NCBI RefSeq assembly: GCF_006345805.1
Contig: NC_043008.1
Location: forward strand, 60,512,001-60,576,000
DNA length: 64,000 bases
Reading direction: 5' to 3'
DNA from: Octopus sinensis
Taxonomy: Eukaryota
How positions within the stretch are numbered: the first letter of the stretch is position 1; each line of letters starts with the position of its first letter. Positions 26,325 through 40,513 of this stretch are shown here, in pieces. The notes under the pieces were generated by a model that did not search any database, was not told the origin of the DNA, and saw nothing but the letters and a program-made list of their open reading frames with translations. The position numbers and the translations under genes are program-made.

Positions 26325-26445
26325 TTTCAGAATCGTTCAAGCGTTGAACAGAATGCCTCCTGATATTTGTTTCGTCTGTCGGCACTCCGAGTTCAAATCC
26401 AGCCGGGGTCAAATTTGCCTTTTATCCTATCGGAGTGGATAACTA
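26325..26445 (+). mobile_element. Old SINE-C 5' fragment
   Basis: CAGAATCGTT..TTTCGTCTGTC..GAGTTCAAATCC..TTTGCCTTTTATCCT. Confidence 0.6.
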
Positions 26446-26631
26446 CTACGACCCTCACTGTTCCCTTCGATAAGCATTGTTGTTGTTGTTGATGAAACAG
26501 ACTTGCATGCATGGCCACTCCCCTGTGTTTCTGCGAAAAAAACATAAATTATGTTGTTGTCCAGGACTGCGTATACTAATGCTGATTCATTCGTCGACTG
26601 GTCGAGGACTACACACTCACTCACGCACACA

Positions 26632-26669
<38 letters not shown>

Positions 26670-26848
26670 TACACAAACACACACACACAACACATATGAA
26701 TATGTATGTGTATAAGTATAAATAGATATGTATATGTATTTATAAATAAATAAATTTAAATTTATCTGCATTAACTTGCAAAAATACAAAACAAAAGACC
26801 AATAAGAAAGAATTATATAGAAACATACTATTACATATATATATATAT

Positions 26849-27044
26849 GTCATTCACCATGGTAGATCGGTAGCTACTACACATTCTTTATTTTCTCTCC
26901 TTGTTTCTTTCTGTGTTCCTTTCTGTGGAAGAGCATAGGCTCGAAACATTGAAGACTTTTCCCTTTCCGAGCGTTATACAAATACATGTGTTTGTAGTCT
27001 ACACCACCTGTCTTCATCTTTTGTTGTTTTTCGGTGAATTCTCC
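26849..27044 (+). mobile_element. Penelope-like-derived element, degenerate hammerhead motif (26923-26950)
   Basis: CTGTGGA-AGAGCATAGGCTC-GAAACATT; followed directly by (CA)n. Confidence 0.7.
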
Positions 27045-27105
<61 letters not shown>

Positions 27106-27106
27106 A

Positions 27107-27144
<38 letters not shown>

Positions 27145-27429
27145 GTTACGCGGACGTAAGCACAAGATCACCGTTTGACAGATTTTGTAATGAATAAAAA
27201 TAGGCAGGATGACGCACATACATACATATATATACAACGAACTTCTGTCTAAATTGCCGCCTGCCACAAGGATTTTGTCGATTCGCAGTTATACCTGGAG
27301 GCACTCGCCTAGGATTCTACACGGGAGAGGGGAGTGGATTGAACGCGGTACTGGGTATTACTTATGATACAGCCATATATACACTCGCATATATATGTTA
27401 ACCCCCCCCCCCACACACACACACAGAGG

Positions 27430-27925
<496 letters not shown>

Positions 27926-27945
27926 TGCACTTGTATGGGTTCACT

Positions 27946-28214
27946 GTGGATGCGTGTGGCTTAGTGGTTAGGGTGTCAGCATCATGATCGTAAGATTATG
28001 GTGTCGATTCCTGGACCGGGCGACGCGTTGTGCTCTTGAGCAAAACACTTCATTTCACGTTGCTCCAGTCCACTCAGCAGGCAAAAATGAGTAACACTTC
28101 AATGGACTTTGCGTTCCGTCCAGCTGGGGAACACATACGCCATTGAAACAAGGAAACCGGGCCCATGAGCCTGGCTAGGCTTTAAAAGGGCGCATTTATT
28201 ATTATTATTATTAT
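27946..28214 (+). mobile_element. SINE family A, full length, (TTA)n tail
   Basis: A/B boxes and core present; 12-bp TSD TATGGGTTCACT at 27934-27945 and 28215-28226. Confidence 0.92.
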
Positions 28215-29390
28215 TATGGGTTCACTAGTGCCTCGCTGGTGGTATCTGTTAACACACAGAATGTGTGTATGTATGCGAGAGAGAGAGAGAGAGAGAGAGA
28301 TAAAGAGAGAGAGAGAGATGAGAAAACAATGAAATGATCATATTGTTACATTTATCTATTATTCGTGTATTCTGGGGTTTGATAAGAAACCATGACATTT
28401 TATTTCGCATTAATAAACTGCACATTTACCTGTATATAGATTTCTAACTGCGAAACATTGAATAATTTCAGTAGCGTTTGCCAAAAGATATATTCCAAGA
28501 TTCATAGCTGTCTTTATGTGACAATCTATATGTATATGACATCGGGGAAAATACTAAATATAATCATTAAAAAAAAAATTAAATAAAGCAAAACAAAAAA
28601 AAACTGAAAATCTCAATGTATTGATTTTATAGTTCTGACGTTCGTATGAAGGATAACTATGCAAAGTATAAGTAACTTATTTGAAACATTTGAAGTGCTG
28701 CTTAGGGCAAGTTTCTATTTCTTAACAATAGGGAAATAGATATAACCAGCTTCTAATCGATTTCGTTTGTAAGGTATGGAATTTAAGATGTATATAGCCA
28801 TAGGTGTTTTGTTTATGAGGAGGCTGCTCGTTCAAATATATGTTGTATAAGTAGAGGATCATAGCGGGAGTTCTTTGGAGTTACTAGCATGTCTGTGTGG
28901 TTCGGAGATCAATATGTTTCGATTCTGATATTTTGTCTAAATTTGATTGCATAATTCTCTTTGTGAAACTGATATATTTATTGATTGTTCTATTAATATG
29001 ATTTTCAATATTATTTTATTATATGTTATGAATATATAATATATGTGAATGTATGGATATATGATATAAAATGTGTGTGAGTGTGTAATGTGAGTGTGTG
29101 CGATTACATACATACAAACACACACACACACATATACCATATATGGGCAAATCGAAAGTTTAAAATAACAAAAGTCAAAAGGACGTACACATTGAACGTA
29201 TTAGTTGACGCTCAGTATAAGAGGGAAAGAATAGTGGATGTGTAACGTCTCAAAGAGGGCTGAGGAAAGGCCCAGAGAGAAGGGAAAAAGTGCAAGCAAA
29301 GTACATCTCTGGTTATATAAACAGACGGACAGATAGATATATAGATTAATACTTAGATCTACATATATATGCGTACATATACATAGAAGA

Positions 29391-29421
<31 letters not shown>

Positions 29422-29559
29422 CATAATGCGCTCGCTTCTAGAGTTGCATTCCCTCGCGTTTCGTACAATGTATTTATTATGGTAGTTTTGACTTTAAGAG
29501 TCCCTCATAACGTGAGGCATTTATATGTAGTAATGCCCATATAAATATATACATACATA

Positions 29560-29644
29560 TATGTGTGTGTGTGTGTGTGTGTGTAGGTAGGTAGGTAGGT
29601 AGGTAGGTAGATAGATAGATAGATAGATAGATATATATATATAT

Positions 29645-29704
<60 letters not shown>

Positions 29705-29705
29705 T
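29560..29705. repeat. Compound (TG)n(TAGG)n(TAGA)n microsatellite
   Basis: Direct reading. Confidence 0.95.
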
Positions 29706-31022
29706 GCATGTAGCTTGTGGTTATTTGTATTTGACAATTTTGAAATGTCCCAATACCCGATGGAGTATGTTCATGAAGGGAAAATGCAACATATGATTGA
29801 TATTTCCTCTGAAGTGATAAAGCTGGACAGATATGTTTACGACCATCAGTACACTATTTCCTACAGAAAATTATTTTTGAACGCAAGCAACTGAAAGAAG
29901 CCACCGAAAAGATTGATATGGCTGTTGAAACCAGTTTGAGGTTGTTGAGGTTGACAAGAGAACATATATGGAACCTTTTTGCAGGCAAAAAGCTAAGATT
30001 AGTCATGGCCGCCTCACACTGGTGAAGTGCAGACGATAGCTTTAGTTGCCATCGGAAGAAGAGCTGGAAATTTGTTTAAACAGAATCTTCGGTTTCTGCG
30101 TGCAACAAAGCTTTTCCGATGTTTATTTCACCTGTAAGAACGAGGTGACCTCACTTATCACGAGAAAATGCGGAGAGATACAAAAGAAGATAATAGAGGT
30201 TGTACGCGGAGAAAGCAGATGCGACCGATAGGCAGAGAAAGAATAATGGAGAATTTAATAAGGTAGATGGAGAAACAGAAAGGGAGGAGTATGACAGGCG
30301 GAGGGAGGCTTGGTGTTATTTTACAGACACTGGAGAATAGCCTGTGTGAGTATGCGTGGCAAGGAGTTAAAAGATATAGCGATGGACTGAAATTAAATAG
30401 ACTGAAATATATTTAAAAAAAAGGAAGATCAAATGGTATAAGAACTAGCAGAATGAAGAAGAAAACGTGGAAATAATAAGATGAAGCAAGATTATAAATG
30501 AGACAGGGAAATGCGGCTGTGTAAGGTGAGAGTTGGTAAAATAAAAGAAGGCTGATGAATGTCCAGAAGGTATAGGGAGAAGTGAAAGTGACAAAGCGAA
30601 AGGGTGATAGCGAGAGGGAGAGAGGGAGGAGAGTGGATTGATTTGTATCTGAAAGGGGGAAGGACTGAGGTATGAGGAGAGAAATAGTGTAAATAAAGGG
30701 TGAAATATAAAGGAATAAAAGGATAGTGAAAGTGAGTTTGAGAGAGTTGGAGAGGAAGAGAAAACGAAGGAAGGAAGGAGGTATTGAAAAGTTGTTTTAA
30801 CTGCTTCTCTTCTCACTAATTCTTCTTTCTATTGTGACAGGCCAGCGAAGATAATTACTGGGCGAGTGGATTAAATACAGGATCCCATATTTTTTTAGTC
30901 ACTGTGACCGTATCATCAACAGCACAACTACCCCCTCCCCCAACAACAACAACTTCAACAAAATCAAAACCACCACCAACAACAACTACACTACAACCAC
31001 TACCACCAGCAGCAGCACCACC

Positions 31023-31258
31023 TATTTCTTTAGAACCCACAAGGGGCTAAACACAGAGGGGACAAACAAAGACGGGACAAGCGGATTAGGTCGATTACAT
31101 CGACCCCAGTCCAGTGCGTAACTGGTACTTAATTTATCGACCCCGAAAGGATGAAAGGCAAAGTTGACCTCGGCGGAATTTGAACTCTGAACGTAACGGC
31201 AGACGAAATACTGCTAAGCGTTTCGCCCGGCGTGCTAACGTTTCTGCCAGCTCGCCAC
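31023..31258 (-). mobile_element. SINE family C monomer with tail-1
   Basis: Complete head, domain and tail-1; 13-bp TSD CAGCAGCACCACC at 31010-31022 and 31259-31271. Confidence 0.9.
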
Positions 31259-31339
31259 CAGCAGCACCACCACCACCAACAACAACAACTACTACGTCTA
31301 CTACCATTACTGCTGCTATCTTATATCACGAGCAAAAGA

Positions 31340-31545
31340 AGGTGCTTTAGAGCGATCACCTCAAATCCTGGAAATAACAGCCAAATTTTGCACAGAGGAA
31401 GAGCATATTAAGTAATGTAGTATTGGATGCATGTTACCTGAAGAAAAAAAAAAGTGATTAGATGCTCACAATTGAAATGTTTTTGATCACATGCCTTGTC
31501 AATTAGGGTTGGCCTGGGGCTAAAGAACAACAGCAAAAAATCGCT
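31340..31545 (+). repeat. Interspersed repeat family F (retroposon-like 3' end ...CCTGGGGCTAAAGAACAAC)
   Basis: Shares GAAATAACAGCCAAAT with about 7555 and about 41005; ends in a (CAA)-rich tail. Confidence 0.45.
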
Positions 31546-31869
31546 ACAACTGCTATGATAGTTTTCTAATATCGCCATAATTATCGCGTACAAAACCATA
31601 ACTACAACAACCGCCACCACCACCACCACCAATATGACTATTAACAATAATAACTACAATACTTCTATCAGCATCATCATTGACATCAACACCATCATCA
31701 AGATCGCCAACGAAAACAACAATACGTACTACAACGTGCTATTGGCAGACGTTATTATTCAAACACGAAATTAAGTATATGCTTTAGTATAAAGGCAAAA
31801 AGATAGCATAGAGCCAGGCCGGCAGAGGAAGAAATAGATATTAGATAGTTGAATAATTGGATGGAGAGA

Positions 31870-32005
<136 letters not shown>

Positions 32006-32836
32006 AAAGACGAGAGAGAGACAATACGGGAGGTATTTTGAGAGACAGAGTGTGAGAAACAATATATGGAAAGTATAAAGAGATATGTATTAACATTAAA
32101 GAGAGAAAGCGGTAAGAACAGTAAAAGACGGATAGTTATGTAAAAAAAAAATTCAGAAGAAAAAAAAGACAAACAAAGCGATAAGAAAGAGCAGGGGATG
32201 TGTGCGACGCAGAGTGAATAATAGTGCAATTGTTTAGTGAACAAAAGGAAGCATGCTGCTTTCCGTTAGCGGAGAACCAAAGAAGATTTTTAAATATTTT
32301 ATTCTTCAGTTCGTCAGGTGAGAGAGTCGAATGTCACCTATTTTCTACAGAGGCTCCTACTATTAAACTATACTCGCTTGATGATGTATCAGACGTTTTT
32401 TCTTCTAATTATAATAATTGATATTGCTATTGTTGTCCAACTCATGGTTATGATTAGTGCTATTGTATAAGGGCCACCAGAGTGGCATACAATGTACAGC
32501 CGAGTCATGAATAAAAATGCCTGAAACACACAGATTCGCTCGCACACAGGTTCATACACTCACACACACACACATACGCACTCACACACGTATGCAGATA
32601 TTTTGTCTGAGTGTGGGATATATTTTCTTTCAAATATGTTATGATCAAGACACAAAAGAATTGTTTCAGTTTGAAATAATAGAGTTTCTAAGTCCATTAA
32701 CGAACAGTTTACACATTTTAGGCTTCATCATCTAAACGGGATGGTAGGAAAAAGGACGTGTCAATGCTGTGTTTGCTAAGCGCACAAGAACACACGTATA
32801 CACACAATATATATATATATATATATACATGTACAC

Positions 32837-32998
32837 GACGGGCTTCTTTTAGTTTCCGTCCACCAAATCCACTCACACGACCCTGGTCGGCCCGAGGACA
32901 TAGTAGAAGACACTTGCCCAAGGTTCCACGCACTGGGACCGAACTCGGAACCATGTGGTTCGTAAGCAAGCCACTTACCACACAGCCACTCCTACGCC
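32837..32998 (-). mobile_element. SINE family B, 5' half
   Basis: Head to start of the internal microsatellite; homologous to 33300-33457. Confidence 0.85.
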
Positions 32999-33040
32999 TA
33001 TGTGCACATATACGTATGCGTGCGTGCGCATGTATATATA

Positions 33041-33457
33041 CTCTTTTACTCTTTACTCTTTTACTTGTTTCAGTCATTTGACTGCGACCATGCTGGAGTA
33101 CCGCCTTTAGTCGAGCAACTCGACCCTGGCACTTATTATTTGTAAGCCCAGTACTTAATCTATCGGTCTCTTTGCCGAACCGCTATGTGACGGGGACGTA
33201 AACACACCAGCATCGGTTGTCAAGCAATGCTAGGGGGACAAACACAGACACACAAACATACACACACACATACATATATATATATACATATATACGACAG
33301 GCTTCTTTCAGTTTCCGTCTACCAAATCCACTCACAAGGCATTGGTCGGCCCGAGGCTATAGCAGAAGACACTTGCCCAAGATGCTACGCAGTGGGACTG
33401 AACCCGGAACCATATGGTTGGTAAGCAAGCTACTTACCACACAGCCACTCCTGCGCC
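33041..33457 (-). mobile_element. SINE family B, full length
   Basis: Complete head to (AAAAGAGT)n tail. Confidence 0.92.
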
Positions 33458-33623
33458 TCGTTTTTCGTGCCATAAGTAATCAAGATTAGAACAGAAGTGA
33501 AATACGCAGCATCGGTCTGGGAACTAAAACCACAATATTGTGAAGAACACTCTTATCACTAAGCTACAACACCTCATCTCCCTCTTTCTCTCTCTCTATA
33601 TATCTGTTTATCTATCTATATAC

Positions 33624-33996
33624 CCTTTTACTCTTTTACTTGTTTCAGTCATGTGACTGCGGCCATGCTGGAGCACCGCCTTTAATCGAGCAACTCTACC
33701 CCAGGACTTATTCTTTGTAAGCCCAGTACTTATTCTATCGGTCTCTTTTGCCGAACCGCTATGTTACGGGGACATAAACACACCAGCATCAGTTGTCAAG
33801 CAACATACACGCACACACATATATACATATATACGACAGGCTTCTTTCAGTTTCCGTCTACCAAATCCACTCACAAGGCTTTGGTCGGCCCGAGGCTATA
33901 GCTGAAGACACTCGGCCAAGGTGCCACGCAGTGGGACTGAACCCGGAACCATGTGGTTGGTAAACAAGCTACTTACCACACAGCCACTCCTGAGCC
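33624..33996 (-). mobile_element. SINE family B, full length, short internal tract
   Basis: Colinear with the 33041 copy. Confidence 0.92.
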
Positions 33997-34273
33997 TATA
34001 TCTATTTATTTTTTACTTTATGCCTAGGTCAAGATTAAACAGTCTCAACTTTATCTCATCATAGTTTGAAAATGGCGAGAATGGTCTCCTGGCGAGCTTC
34101 ATATTTGAAACCTTGATTTGTGTCTGATCGCTGTCCTGAATCAGTTACTTTCTTCTTGGTCGTTACTTCCCGTGTCAGCCGCTGTATTCGAAACCCCCTG
34201 TGCAATCGTTTAGTATGATCACTAATGTATTGTAGATTTCATAGCCATCGTATACAAAGCAAATGTAGATCAT

Positions 34274-34317
<44 letters not shown>

Positions 34318-35708
34318 GTGTATGTGCGTGTGCGTATACAGGTATATATCACTGAACTTTGTGACATCTAGTTAAGTAATACATATTTAAAACTATCTAC
34401 TGATATATATGTATATATAAATTCATGTAAGCATATTTATATATATATATATATATACACACATATGCATATATGTATACATGCATGCATAGCGTTATAC
34501 ATACATGTATGCGTGCATTCATGCATACATACATTCATACATGCATACATATATACTTACATCACTGAACATTTCTAAATCTAGTTAGGAATTATATGGA
34601 TGAAAAGCAATAGAATTTTGTAAAACGTGATATGAAGTAAAAAAGTTTGGAAACAAAGACTGCATCACATGAAATTTGAATACCATCGAGTTGGAGAAAT
34701 GAAAAAAAAAAAAAACGAAAAGCAAATACATAAATAAATAAAAAGAAAGAAAGGAAAAAATATAAGAAAGGGAAAATAGTAGAAAAAAAATGTTTGAGAT
34801 TCATACATGTGTCAAATTCGGCAAACTAAAACGAATTGAAATCTCAGAAAAGTGTATTATGACGACAATGAATAAAACATATATTTATGAAGTAAAATTT
34901 TAAGTTAAAAAACATATATATATAGTGAAGGGAAAAATAGCAGAACATAGAATTTCCATATCACACTAATTTTGTTCGTATTTTAATTAGAGGAATGTAG
35001 ATGAGGAAAGTATGGAAGCGAAACAATATCACAGCATTTAAAAGATCAAACAAAATCGCATTAAAAATTGTCTATTTGTGCAAAGTAAGCAAATTGATAT
35101 TATAAAAAAATATAATAACAATAATTTTGCATAATATAGCAACTAAACTGAATTTTAATGATATATAACAATATATGAAAAGAATGATATTATAGTAATT
35201 ATAGATATATATTTGTTGCGTAATTCAGTCGATGTCTCGATTCAAACTAGAATACTTTACACTCAGATGTGCGAAGCGTCAATTTCAAGACCAGAACCAG
35301 TAGTAGGAAGATTAAGAAACAGAGATGAAAAGAAAAAAAAATATGGCAAAAATAACCCCGAAAACAAACAATGATACAATAAAGACATATCATTATAGAA
35401 TATATATCCTGTAATTTCAACAAGTGAGCAGCGAAACGTGTGAACTTAGGCACTCAGTAACACGCACATAGATTCAGTCTCTTATATCTGTAAGACAAAG
35501 AACAAAATATTATAGCGAATCACTGTTAGTTTGCATATCTCAAAACAAGAACCTACGCTGCAATACGTGATGTGAGACTTCACCACTACCACCACCAACA
35601 ACACCAACACCACCATGACGACAGCACCATTGTGCATTTTTTTTTATGGAACACTGTATTATTCATATTCAGACTAACTGCATTTTTTGTGTTGGTAAAG
35701 TGTTTGTG

Positions 35709-35967
35709 TGTGGAGGCGTGTAGCTTAGTGGGTAGGGTGTCAGCATCATGATCGTAAGATTGTAGTTTCGATTCCTGAACCGGGCGACGCGTTGTGTTCT
35801 TGAACAAAACACTTCAATTCACGTTGCTCAGGTTCACTCAGCTGGCAAAAAGGAGTAACGCTGCGATGGACTGGCGTTCCGTCCAGCTGGGGAAGACATA
35901 GAAACCGGGAAACCGGGCCCATGAGCCTGGCTAGGCTTTAAAAAGGGCGCATTTATATTATTTATTT
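35709..35967 (+). mobile_element. SINE family A, full length
   Basis: 13-bp TSD TAAAGTGTTTGTG at 35696-35708 and 35968-35980. Confidence 0.92.
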
Positions 35968-36029
35968 TAAAGTGTTTGTGAATGTGATTGTGGATGCATT
36001 TGTGTCTTTGTGCTTATGTATCTCTCTCT

Positions 36030-36230
36030 CCACCCACTACTTGACAACCGATGCTTTTTGTGTTTAAGGACTTGTTGGTCTAACGGTTCGATGAAGCAAA
36101 CCGATTGAATACGAGTCAGGCTTTACAAAATAAGCAATGATTTCGATTTGGTGACTAACATTCTTCCTGGCGGTAACCCAGCATGGTCGCAGTTGTATGA
36201 CTGAAACAAGCAAATCAGTAAAAGAAAAGA
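36030..36230 (+). mobile_element. SINE family B, diverged 3' half
   Basis: CTTGACAACCGATGC..GCATGGTCGCAG..TGACTGAAACAAG. Confidence 0.75.
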
Positions 36231-36594
36231 AAAGGGTACATATACGCATGCATACACATACATACATAAGGCTAAAGATCAGTGAAAAAGAGAACACCTA
36301 CGCTAAGCTATTGAGAAATATGCAGTTGCTTTATCCAGAACAAAAGATTACGTTTATACCTGTAATTATTGGGGCCCTGGGATATGTAACACACTGCCTA
36401 AATACCAATCTTGAGAAATTATGCTTCTGAAGACGAGAAAAGACAAAACTAATTCGAAGACTACAGATCCAATCTATCACTGGAACTGTATAAATCTGCA
36501 AAACTTTCCAGAAGTTTATCATTTACATCTATATGAGCATGTCTAGGTATGTAACTATATGCATGAGAATACATACATAAACCAAATAAATCTG

Positions 36595-36675
36595 TACATA
36601 CATACATACATACATACATACATACATACATACATACATACATACATACATACATACATACATACATACATACAT
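36595..36675. repeat. (TACA)n microsatellite
   Basis: Direct reading. Confidence 0.95.
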
Positions 36676-38013
36676 GCATGCATACATATATACTTACATG
36701 TATACATACATGTATACAAGCATGCACATACACATACAAAAATACCCCGTTGTTGATGTTGAAATTCCAATGAAGGAGCCTTGGATCTAGGTTAGAAAAC
36801 AATTATTTCTCTATTGACAAGAAATCTTGAAATAAACTGAATAATGACATACATACTTACATAAATATATATGTATGTGTGTGTGTGTGTGTAGCTATCA
36901 CTTCTGATTTTGTTAAGTGATTGGAATTCGCGTGGCTTTTGGGGTTAGCATTTCATTAAAAAAACAGGTCGATTTCTTTATTCCAGAAGGCTTTAAAACC
37001 ATCATCCATTTCCTTGCATTGTTTTTAATAATAAAATTAAAATATCTGCTGTTTTATTCGTGTTACCTCTCTTGCTAGTGCTTTGTAGAATTTGAACATC
37101 TCTTGACGTCGTTGTCATCCACTAAATATTCCTTAGTAATCCAAGTTAGTAGAAGTTATTCAACACACTCTTTATTACAAAAGCGACACCCTACAGTGAG
37201 TGTGTATTTTGTATGCAGAACCTTCACCTAAGGTACTCACCCCAGCCCTTTTGTTAGCATGGATGTATGTGCTTTGTGAAAGGTGTCAAAAGCTGTTTAG
37301 CTTTGACACTTTCTGACCTCGCTGTGTTTTGTTACTGACTCTTTGCAAATATTGACGTTGGCTTTTATTTATTTATTTTTATTCTCATTTCCGCAAACGT
37401 GACTAGCACACTCTTGTCTAATATATTAATTTTAGTTTTCTCGTTGATATGTGTTCTGATGGTCTTCTGCTTGTTGTTGTTGTTGTTATAGCTGCTGTTG
37501 TTGCTACTCTGCTATTTCTACTGCAGCTCCTCAAGTTCATATATAATGAACTATTTTGAATTTTGTTTTGGTTATGGGCTTCTAGTTGTTGTTATAGTTG
37601 TTGTTGTTGCTGCTGCTATTTCTACTGTAGCTCTACAAGTTCAAGATATAATGCACTGTTTTGAATTTAGTTTTGGTTAGATAAATCACTGAATGTGAAG
37701 AGAAGGAACTGAACGGTATTCAAGACAGAATTTATTGATCGTTAGGCCATTGTTTTCTTGAAAATATATTCTATATTAGATAAGTCTTTGTATTTTTTTA
37801 ACAGATTATAAAATATCTACCATATTTTTCGAACCCGTTACTGGTTTTCGTTCATCTTCTCACCTAATCTGAATTTGTGCGCACTTGTAACATTCAACAG
37901 TCAGTCATATCACTCAATCAGCAAATGAGGGACGACGTCAGTACTTCATACTAATACTACGCAAGTCAATTCAATTTGCCGCCCCCACATACTTTCTTAC
38001 AATTTGTACATAC

Positions 38014-38430
38014 TGCGTGGCTGTGTGATAAGATGCTTGATTGCCAACCACATGGCTACGGGTTCAGTCCAACTGCGTGTCACATTTGGGCAAGTGTCTT
38101 CTACAATAGCCGTCCACCGATCAATGTCTTGTGAGTCGATATGGTTGACGGAAACGGAAAGAAACTTGTTTTATATATGTATGTATGTGTATGTATGTGC
38201 GCGTGAATGTGTATGCGTGTGTGAGTTTGTTTTGCGCTACTGTTTGATGACTGGTCTTGGTATGTTTATCTCCACGTAACGTAGCGGTTCGACACAAGGA
38301 TTCGATAGAATAAGTTCCAGGTTTAACAATCTATAAATACTGGGATCGATTCGTTCGACAAAAAAAATTCTTCGAGGCTGTCTCAGCATGGCCCAGATCT
38401 AATGACTGAAACAAGTAAAAGATAAAAGAT
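38014..38430 (+). mobile_element. SINE family B, diverged full length
   Basis: GTGGCTGTGTGATAAG head, TTTGGGCAAGTGTCTTCTAC core, internal tract and tail AATGACTGAAACAAGTAAAAGATAAAAGAT. Confidence 0.85.
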
Positions 38431-39297
38431 ATAAGATTTTGAGCCGCATTTGTACGGGTTAAGTATTTCGTCAGTGTATAAACACAGCAGAGGTTCAGAG
38501 GGAGTATTCAAATCACCAATGAAAAGAATGTTTGCCAGCTACACAATCAACTTCAAACAGTCTCGGCAATCCCAAAGCTTCCGGCTGGTCATTTAGCTAG
38601 CAAACTAGCCACTTAGCCAGAGTTGGAATCGTATTTGTGATCAGAAACTAGTTTCTGTTCCTGATGGAATTCACTTTTATATTCGGTATTACATGAATAT
38701 CCCATAATCCTGATCGTCTGCACAACGTACATTCAAATAAAAGATGTTAGCTTATCGTTAATCGTGCTAATGTTGAACAGGATCTAACTCTACGGTTATG
38801 TCAGGTTCGAGACTTGTAAATCCTAGGTCCTGTTGTGTTCATTGCATTTATCCAATGTCTTCATTTATTTCAAACACGATAAAAGCAAATATGAGAGAGC
38901 TCTCATTGCTATTTATAGCTGACTGGGTGACAAGCATAAATGAATATTTCTATAATAACTGTACTTGTCGTTTTGTTTTTATTGCAGCACCATGTATTTT
39001 TCTAAGTGAATAACTCAATATGCGTTGTTTACACAACACGAAACCAAGCCAGTGCGGTTTTGCCTATAAATTGCAGACTCAAACTTAAGCCCTCAAAATT
39101 TCCGTTGACTCCATATATTTATGGCTTTGTTCAGGAGGGCAGGAGACTGAAAGTGGCCACACAAGTGGAATATCCTAATGTTAGTCACCTTCAAAATACA
39201 GCATTGAACGAGTTCAACTAATACCTGTATGGGAAATTATGCATAAGTCTCTAGAGATATCGAAGTAGGCATAATAAGCCTAGACACACACACAGAT

Positions 39298-39298
<1 letters not shown>

Positions 39299-39371
<73 letters not shown>
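39299..39371. repeat. (GA)n microsatellite
   Basis: Direct reading. Confidence 0.95.
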
Positions 39372-39375
<4 letters not shown>

Positions 39376-39644
39376 CTGCACACACACTTGACTGTGAAGA
39401 TTCGAGCCACCTTAAAATAAAGTGCTTTGCTCCAGGATAGGAAGAAACACCCAGTCTCGAAATGGAAATCATGGTGTTTTGATCACGAGATGAACATCCA
39501 AAACATTATGTTACACTGCATCTTAGCAGACGTTCTAACAATTCCATCAGTCGGTTGCTCTGTATTGGAGCTTTCTTTATCGAGACCAAATGAATAAATG
39601 ACAAGACAGAATTCGAAATCCGGACGCAACAAGCTTGTATAAGT

Positions 39645-39862
39645 AGTGGTTTCAAATTTTGGTACAAGGCCAGCAATTTCGCGGTAGAGGTATCATTCGA
39701 ATACATCGATCCCAGTTCTTAACTGGTGCTTATATTATCGACTCAGAAAGGAAGAAAGGCAAAGTCAACTTTGGCGGAATTTGAACTCAGAACGTAAGGA
39801 TGGACGACATGCCGTAAAACACTTTGTCTGGCGTGTTAACGACTCTGCCAACTCACCGCCTT
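39645..39862 (-). mobile_element. SINE family C monomer with tail-2
   Basis: Head GGCGGTGAGTTGGCAGAG and tail GCTGGCCTTGTACCAAAATTTGAAACC; imperfect TSD AAGCTTGTATAAGTA / AAGCTTGAATAAATA. Confidence 0.85.
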
Positions 39863-39986
39863 AAGCTTGAATAAATAATAGAAAGCATCTATCCTTCCTC
39901 CTAACAACGCTTCTAGTTTGCTGCCACATCTCTCTGTCTCTCTCTCCCTTTCTTTCTCCCTCTCTTTCTCTCACTGTATGTACGTA

Positions 39987-40020
<34 letters not shown>

Positions 40021-40024
<4 letters not shown>

Positions 40025-40415
40025 ACAACTATATATGTATGCATAGGTATATAATATGTATATATATGTATGTATGTATAAATTGTATATCATATATACA
40101 TATATTTATAAATATATCTATATATATATTTGTGTGTGTGTGCACATATGTGTATGCATATATTTATTGGTATATACATATATACTCGCACACATATGTA
40201 CAAGTATATATATAATATATATATATATATACACAAACAACTATATATGTATTCATATGTATATAATATGTATATATATGTATGTATGTATAAATTGTAT
40301 ATCATATATACATATATTTATAAATATATCTATATATATATTTGTGTGTGTGTGCACATATGTGTATGCATATATTTATTGGTATATACATATATACTCG
40401 CACACATATGTACAA

Positions 40416-40440
<25 letters not shown>
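40021..40440. repeat. Tandem duplication (~212-bp unit) of a compound TA-rich block
   Basis: TAAATTGTATATCATATATAC..TTTATTGGTATATAC..CTCGCACACATATGTACAAG occurs twice, essentially identical. Confidence 0.85.

Positions 40441-40513
<73 letters not shown>

Noticed and set aside
33217-33489. Recurrent peptides such as QASFSFRLPNPLTRHWSARGYSRRHLPK and RNWYL..RP in several ORFs
   Set aside because: They recur because they are translations of SINE-B and SINE-C copies, not a gene family.
37278-37313. 36-nt bulged hairpin GAAAGGTGTCAAAAGCT-GTTT-AGCTTTGACACTTTC
   Set aside because: Too short for a pre-miRNA, with no extension into the flanks; plausible by chance.
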